Below, in pieces: positions 60,391 to 64,000 of a stretch of 64,000 bases of DNA (positions within the stretch are counted from its first letter, which is position 1; the number at the start of each line of letters is the position of its first letter). The DNA is from an uncultured Lachnospiraceae bacterium (lineage in GTDB: Bacteria > Bacillota > Clostridia > Lachnospirales > Lachnospiraceae). The DNA is taken from contig CAYRIK010000005.1 of NCBI GenBank assembly GCA_964424345.1, positions 5,883 to 69,882 of the forward strand, given 5' to 3'. The position numbers were made by a program, and so were the translations under genes. The notes beneath the pieces were generated by a model that saw only the letters and a list, made by a program, of their open reading frames with translations, did no database searches and had not been told where the DNA came from.

Positions 60391-60917
60391 TCGTATTTTA
60401 CCTGTGTCAAAAGATACTGATTCAGACTTTCCACTCGTTCTTCTAAGTTTCCATCTGTCACTTCTGTATCTAATGCTGCTGCCAAAAGATTCACCATATC
60501 ATCTGTAAGACGATGTTTCATTCCAGTAAAGATACGAAGTTTTTGTTCAAAATTTTTGGCATCCAAAAATTGTTCTATATCCGCATCTAATACATGTTCT
60601 TCTTGTACTGCTTCTGAGGCTTTTTCTTCCACTATTTCTTCTTCATGATATGTTTCTAATGGTTCTAATTCAATCTCATCCATAACTGTACGAACAAGCT
60701 CGAAACGATCTCTTTGGGTCACACCATGATATTTTTCTTTATCCAGCTCATCCATAAACATATGAAGCGGTCTTGCAAAATATTCAAAATCTCCATACAA
60801 TGCCTGATAAATAACCAATGCTTCTAATGTTTCAGAATGTCTTGCAATCGCTACGATCTGATATAAATTTCCTTTAAAATGTCTGTAAATCTGTCCCGGT
60901 CTTGGAATCTCTCTCAT
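60372..60917 (-). CDS. DUF1653 domain protein with acidic/helical C-terminal extension
   Basis: 181 aa. N-terminus PGQIYRHFKGNLYQIVAIARHSETLEALVIYQALYGD is DUF1653-like. The 3' end overlaps the mutY start by 19 nt. Confidence 0.7.
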   Translation of the reverse strand: MREIPRPGQIYRHFKGNLYQIVAIARHSETLEALVIYQALYGDFEYFARPLHMFMDELDKEKYHGVTQRDRFELVRTVMDEIELEPLETYHEEEIVEEKASEAVQEEHVLDADIEQFLDAKNFEQKLRIFTGMKHRLTDDMVNLLAAALDTEVTDGNLEERVESLNQYLLTQVKYECNRLR

Positions 60918-60944
60918 AGTATATCTCCCTTCTTACAGGCAGTT

Positions 60945-62753
60945 TTACTGCTCTGCAATCTTTTTTGCTAATTCTTCTAAATACATCCAACGCTCCATTT
61001 TTTCTTCTAATAACTGTTCTGCCTCCTCCTTTTGTTCTGTAAAGTCTTTTAATTTTACAAAATCAGTTGCAAAAGCGATCATATCTGCTTCCAGCTTTTC
61101 TAATTTTTCTTCTAAAGCTGCAATATCACTTTCTATTGTTTCATACTCTTTTGCTTCCTGATATGTGAATTTCAATTTTCTTGTGCGATCAGCATTCCAC
61201 TTTTTACCACTTTCTCCAGCAGTCTTTGTCTGCTGCATAACTGGCTGTTGTGCTTCTTCTTTTTGTGCTTTACGAAGTGCGTAATCAGTATATCCACCTT
61301 CATGCTGTTCTAACACACCATTTTCTTCAAAAGAAAAAATTCTTCTTACTACACGATCTAAGAAATATCGATCATGGCTTACTGTAATTACAATACCCTG
61401 AAAATGGTCCAAATAGTCTTCCAAAATCTGCAGCGTAGCAATATCTAAATCGTTTGTAGGCTCATCCAAAATCAAAACATTTGGTGCTGTCATAAGTACT
61501 TTACATAAATATAGTCTGCGTCTTTCGCCGCCTGAAAGTTTTTCTAACTTGCTATACTGCATTTCTCCGTTGAAGAGGAAATTTTCTAACATCTTTGCAG
61601 CTGTTACAACACCATCTTCTGTACGAACATATTCTGCAACCTCTTTGATATAATCTATTACACGCATATCCGGATGCATTTCTGTATCATCAATTTCCTG
61701 TGCATAATAGCCAATCTTTACTGTTGGTCCGATTTGTAATGTTCCGCTGTCTTGCTCAATCTGACCCATGATGATTTTTAGCAAGGTACTCTTTCCTGCT
61801 CCATTTGGTCCAAGAAAACCAATACGATCATTTTTCAAGAAAATATAAGAGAAGTCAGAAATAAGTACTTTATCATCATATGCCTTGCAAATATGCTCTA
61901 ATTCAATTGTGCTTCGTCCAATTCGACTGCTGACACTTCCAATTTCCACTTGGCCGTCTCTTGTTGGTGCTGCAGTATTTTTCAATTCCTCATAACGTTC
62001 CAAACGTGCTTTTTGCTTTGTACTTCTTGCTCTGGCACCTCGTTTTACCCATTCTAATTCTACACGCAGAATAGACTGTCTCTTACGTTCACTCGCAAGC
62101 TGCATATCTTCTCGCTCTGCTTTCAGCTGCAAAAATCCTGCATAGTTTGTCTCGTAAGAATAAATCTGTCCCTTATCTATTTCAATGATGCGATTTGCTA
62201 CACTGTCCAAGAAATATCGATCATGTGTTACCATAATGATACTTCCTTTGTATGCCTTTAACTGTTCTTCCAGCCAATCGCTCATTTGTGCATCTAAATG
62301 GTTTGTAGGCTCGTCTAAGATCAAAATATCAGCTGGTGCAAGCAAAACACTTACAAGTGCCAAACGCTTTTTCTGACCTCCTGAAAGCTGTCCGCAAGGC
62401 TGTGAAAAATCTGCAACCCCAAGCTTTGTCAGCATAGATTTCGCATCTGTTTCTATACTCCATTCATTTTCTTTTGTGACATTTCCAGAAAGCACTGCCT
62501 CTAATACTGTCATATCATTTTGAAAAACCGGAGTCTGAGGCAAATATCGTATCACTACATGATTTGCCTTAATAATCGTACCATCGTCTGGTTCTTCTAA
62601 ACCTGCTATCAGCTTTAATAATGTAGACTTTCCTGTTCCATTTATGCCGATGACACCTACTTTTTCCTGCTCCTGCAAATAAAAGGAAGCATCTTCCAGC
62701 AATTTTCTATTTTGAAATGATTTTGTTATATGGTCTATGGTAAGTATGTTCAT
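60945..62753 (-). CDS. ABC-F family ATPase, Uup-like (C-terminal coiled coil)
   Basis: Two NBDs (GINGTGKST, LSGGQKKR; GPNGAGKST, LSGGERRR) and a C-terminal coiled coil. ATG at 62753 follows AAAGGA. Confidence 0.9.
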   Translation of the reverse strand: MNILTIDHITKSFQNRKLLEDASFYLQEQEKVGVIGINGTGKSTLLKLIAGLEEPDDGTIIKANHVVIRYLPQTPVFQNDMTVLEAVLSGNVTKENEWSIETDAKSMLTKLGVADFSQPCGQLSGGQKKRLALVSVLLAPADILILDEPTNHLDAQMSDWLEEQLKAYKGSIIMVTHDRYFLDSVANRIIEIDKGQIYSYETNYAGFLQLKAEREDMQLASERKRQSILRVELEWVKRGARARSTKQKARLERYEELKNTAAPTRDGQVEIGSVSSRIGRSTIELEHICKAYDDKVLISDFSYIFLKNDRIGFLGPNGAGKSTLLKIIMGQIEQDSGTLQIGPTVKIGYYAQEIDDTEMHPDMRVIDYIKEVAEYVRTEDGVVTAAKMLENFLFNGEMQYSKLEKLSGGERRRLYLCKVLMTAPNVLILDEPTNDLDIATLQILEDYLDHFQGIVITVSHDRYFLDRVVRRIFSFEENGVLEQHEGGYTDYALRKAQKEEAQQPVMQQTKTAGESGKKWNADRTRKLKFTYQEAKEYETIESDIAALEEKLEKLEADMIAFATDFVKLKDFTEQKEEAEQLLEEKMERWMYLEELAKKIAEQ

Positions 62754-62781
62754 GAAAAATCCTTTCACTTTCTCTTTATTT

Positions 62782-64000
62782 TTAATTTTCTCTTACTGCC
62801 TGTGAAAAATAAGCGTAATACTTGTCATTTAAAATACCTGCCGCATGCTTATACAGCATATCTACATACGCCTTTGTCTTTTGCATATACTCATCACTGA
62901 CCGGTGTGTCCGTTCTTTGTATTACTTCTCCTGTTTTCTTATTATAAGAAACAGTATCTGTAACAAAACTCTTATTTGCAAATACTACCAGTCCTTCTTG
63001 ATTTGAAAATATATCTCTTCCTGAGAATAAACGGGAATCATATTCAAATCCAAATAAATTTAATAACGTTGGCATTAAATCCAAAGAGCAACAAGGCTTT
63101 TCTACTACTGTTGTCTCCATTTTGGCATTCCATAATATCAAACTATTACGGTAAAGTTCCAACGTATTTCCTAATGTTTCTCCCATCAATTCTTCGTAAT
63201 TTTCTACCTGCATTGCATATGGATAATGATCCGCGCTCAAACAAATCACTGTATTTTCTAATTTTCCATTTTCTTCTAACTGCTGTAATAAATACTCCAA
63301 TGCTCGATCCAATTCTATATTACAAGCAATATATGCTTTTCCTTCTTCCGAATATGGCAGACCGCTCACTTCTTCCTGATGCAGACTTGACATCTTATTT
63401 CCATAAAAATTATAATTCATATGTCCTGAAACAGTCAAATAATATACATGAAAACGCTCTTCATTGATATATTCCGGTATCGTTGCCTGCATCATTTCTA
63501 AATCAGATGCCGGCCAATAATCAGGATGTTCCATGTCAAATACATGTTCTCCCCACTCAGACTGTTTTAAATTTCCCAGTTTTGCCGCTTTAAAGAAATA
63601 TCCAAGATTTGTATGGCTTAAATGTCTGTCATAATAAGACAATGAATTATTATGGTACGCATAACATGTGGCACCTTCTTGAGCAAAATAATGAGCAAGG
63701 CTATATGGCTGTTCATTTTCTGCAGAACGCTTCATACTAAACTGATGATCTGGAATCAATCCCATTAAATTCGCATATTCTCCATCACTTGTACTTGTCT
63801 GCCACAATGGTACATAATAATCTTGTGCGATTACACCACTGTTTACCAATTTATAAAGTGTTGGGGTAAGTGTTTCATCTATTGCTGCACTAGAAAACCC
63901 TTCTGCTGTGATAAAAATCAAATTATACCCTTCAAACATAGCCGTATAATCATTTTGCATCGTTGGTTCTATACTGCATACATAATCTGTAATCTTATCT
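62782..64000 (-). CDS. LTA synthase / sulfatase-family protein, partial (N-terminus beyond right edge)
   Basis: The frame stays open upstream of the track ATG (63960) to the window edge. Extracellular sulfatase-like domain (NLIFITAEGFS.., ..LTVSGHMNY.., ..LSADHYPY). Confidence 0.78.
   Translation of the reverse strand, partial: DKITDYVCSIEPTMQNDYTAMFEGYNLIFITAEGFSSAAIDETLTPTLYKLVNSGVIAQDYYVPLWQTSTSDGEYANLMGLIPDHQFSMKRSAENEQPYSLAHYFAQEGATCYAYHNNSLSYYDRHLSHTNLGYFFKAAKLGNLKQSEWGEHVFDMEHPDYWPASDLEMMQATIPEYINEERFHVYYLTVSGHMNYNFYGNKMSSLHQEEVSGLPYSEEGKAYIACNIELDRALEYLLQQLEENGKLENTVICLSADHYPYAMQVENYEELMGETLGNTLELYRNSLILWNAKMETTVVEKPCCSLDLMPTLLNLFGFEYDSRLFSGRDIFSNQEGLVVFANKSFVTDTVSYNKKTGEVIQRTDTPVSDEYMQKTKAYVDMLYKHAAGILNDKYYAYFSQAVREN

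Noticed and set aside
62976-63467. 163-aa plus-strand ORF inside the LtaS-like gene
   Set aside because: It is an antisense shadow of a well-supported sulfatase-domain gene, with no RBS.

Overview
Gene-dense, low-GC Firmicutes/Clostridia chromosomal core (about 58 protein-coding genes, roughly 90% coding, mostly on the minus strand). PolC, CIRCE-controlled groESL and sporulation-type genes suggest a Lachnospiraceae-like organism, but that is an impression from reading the proteins, not a search result.

Gene blocks, left to right:
- ECF sigma / RsiV-like anti-sigma, then a sugar-type ABC importer and a partial HlyD-type adaptor
- gap-pgk-tpiA
- DUF1846
- nifS-nifU-mnmA
- SpoVB-like flippase and DAHP synthase
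- small Hanks kinase plus an unknown partner
- cobalamin riboswitch with a DUF4430 protein and an ECF S-component
- ABC-F ATPase, PHP phosphoesterase
- aroA-pheA-maf-HAD
- rpsB-tsf
- groES-groEL
- GH31 glycosidase next to a DegV gene remnant
- GT2-glf-kinase-like-peptidase operon
- nudix, then polC-ispG-rseP-dxr-cdsA-uppS and frr-pyrH
- folate operon folC-folE-HD-lipid kinase-folP-folBK
- aminotransferase, LysR regulator, mutY, DUF1653, second ABC-F, partial LtaS-like gene

I saw no rRNA, tRNA, CRISPR array, transposase, integrase or phage genes. I also saw no convincing defence island or clearly novel multi-gene system.

The strongest sequence-level anomaly is a perfect 515-bp tandem duplication (5-bp microhomology at the junction) that frameshifts the LysR-family regulator at 57842-59292.

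Secondary candidates:
- the sigma/anti-sigma-headed transporter string, which has a binding lipoprotein with a roughly 320-aa N-terminal extension
- a minimal non-RD kinase coupled to an unknown protein
- a DUF1905/papain-like peptidase fusion closing a galactofuranose operon
- HD-hydrolase and lipid-kinase genes embedded in the folate operon
- a structured rpsB leader
- a near-perfect palindromic operator at the nifS promoter

Many ORF-track starts are over-extended alternative start codons. I trimmed them to RBS-supported starts and say so in the evidence for each feature.
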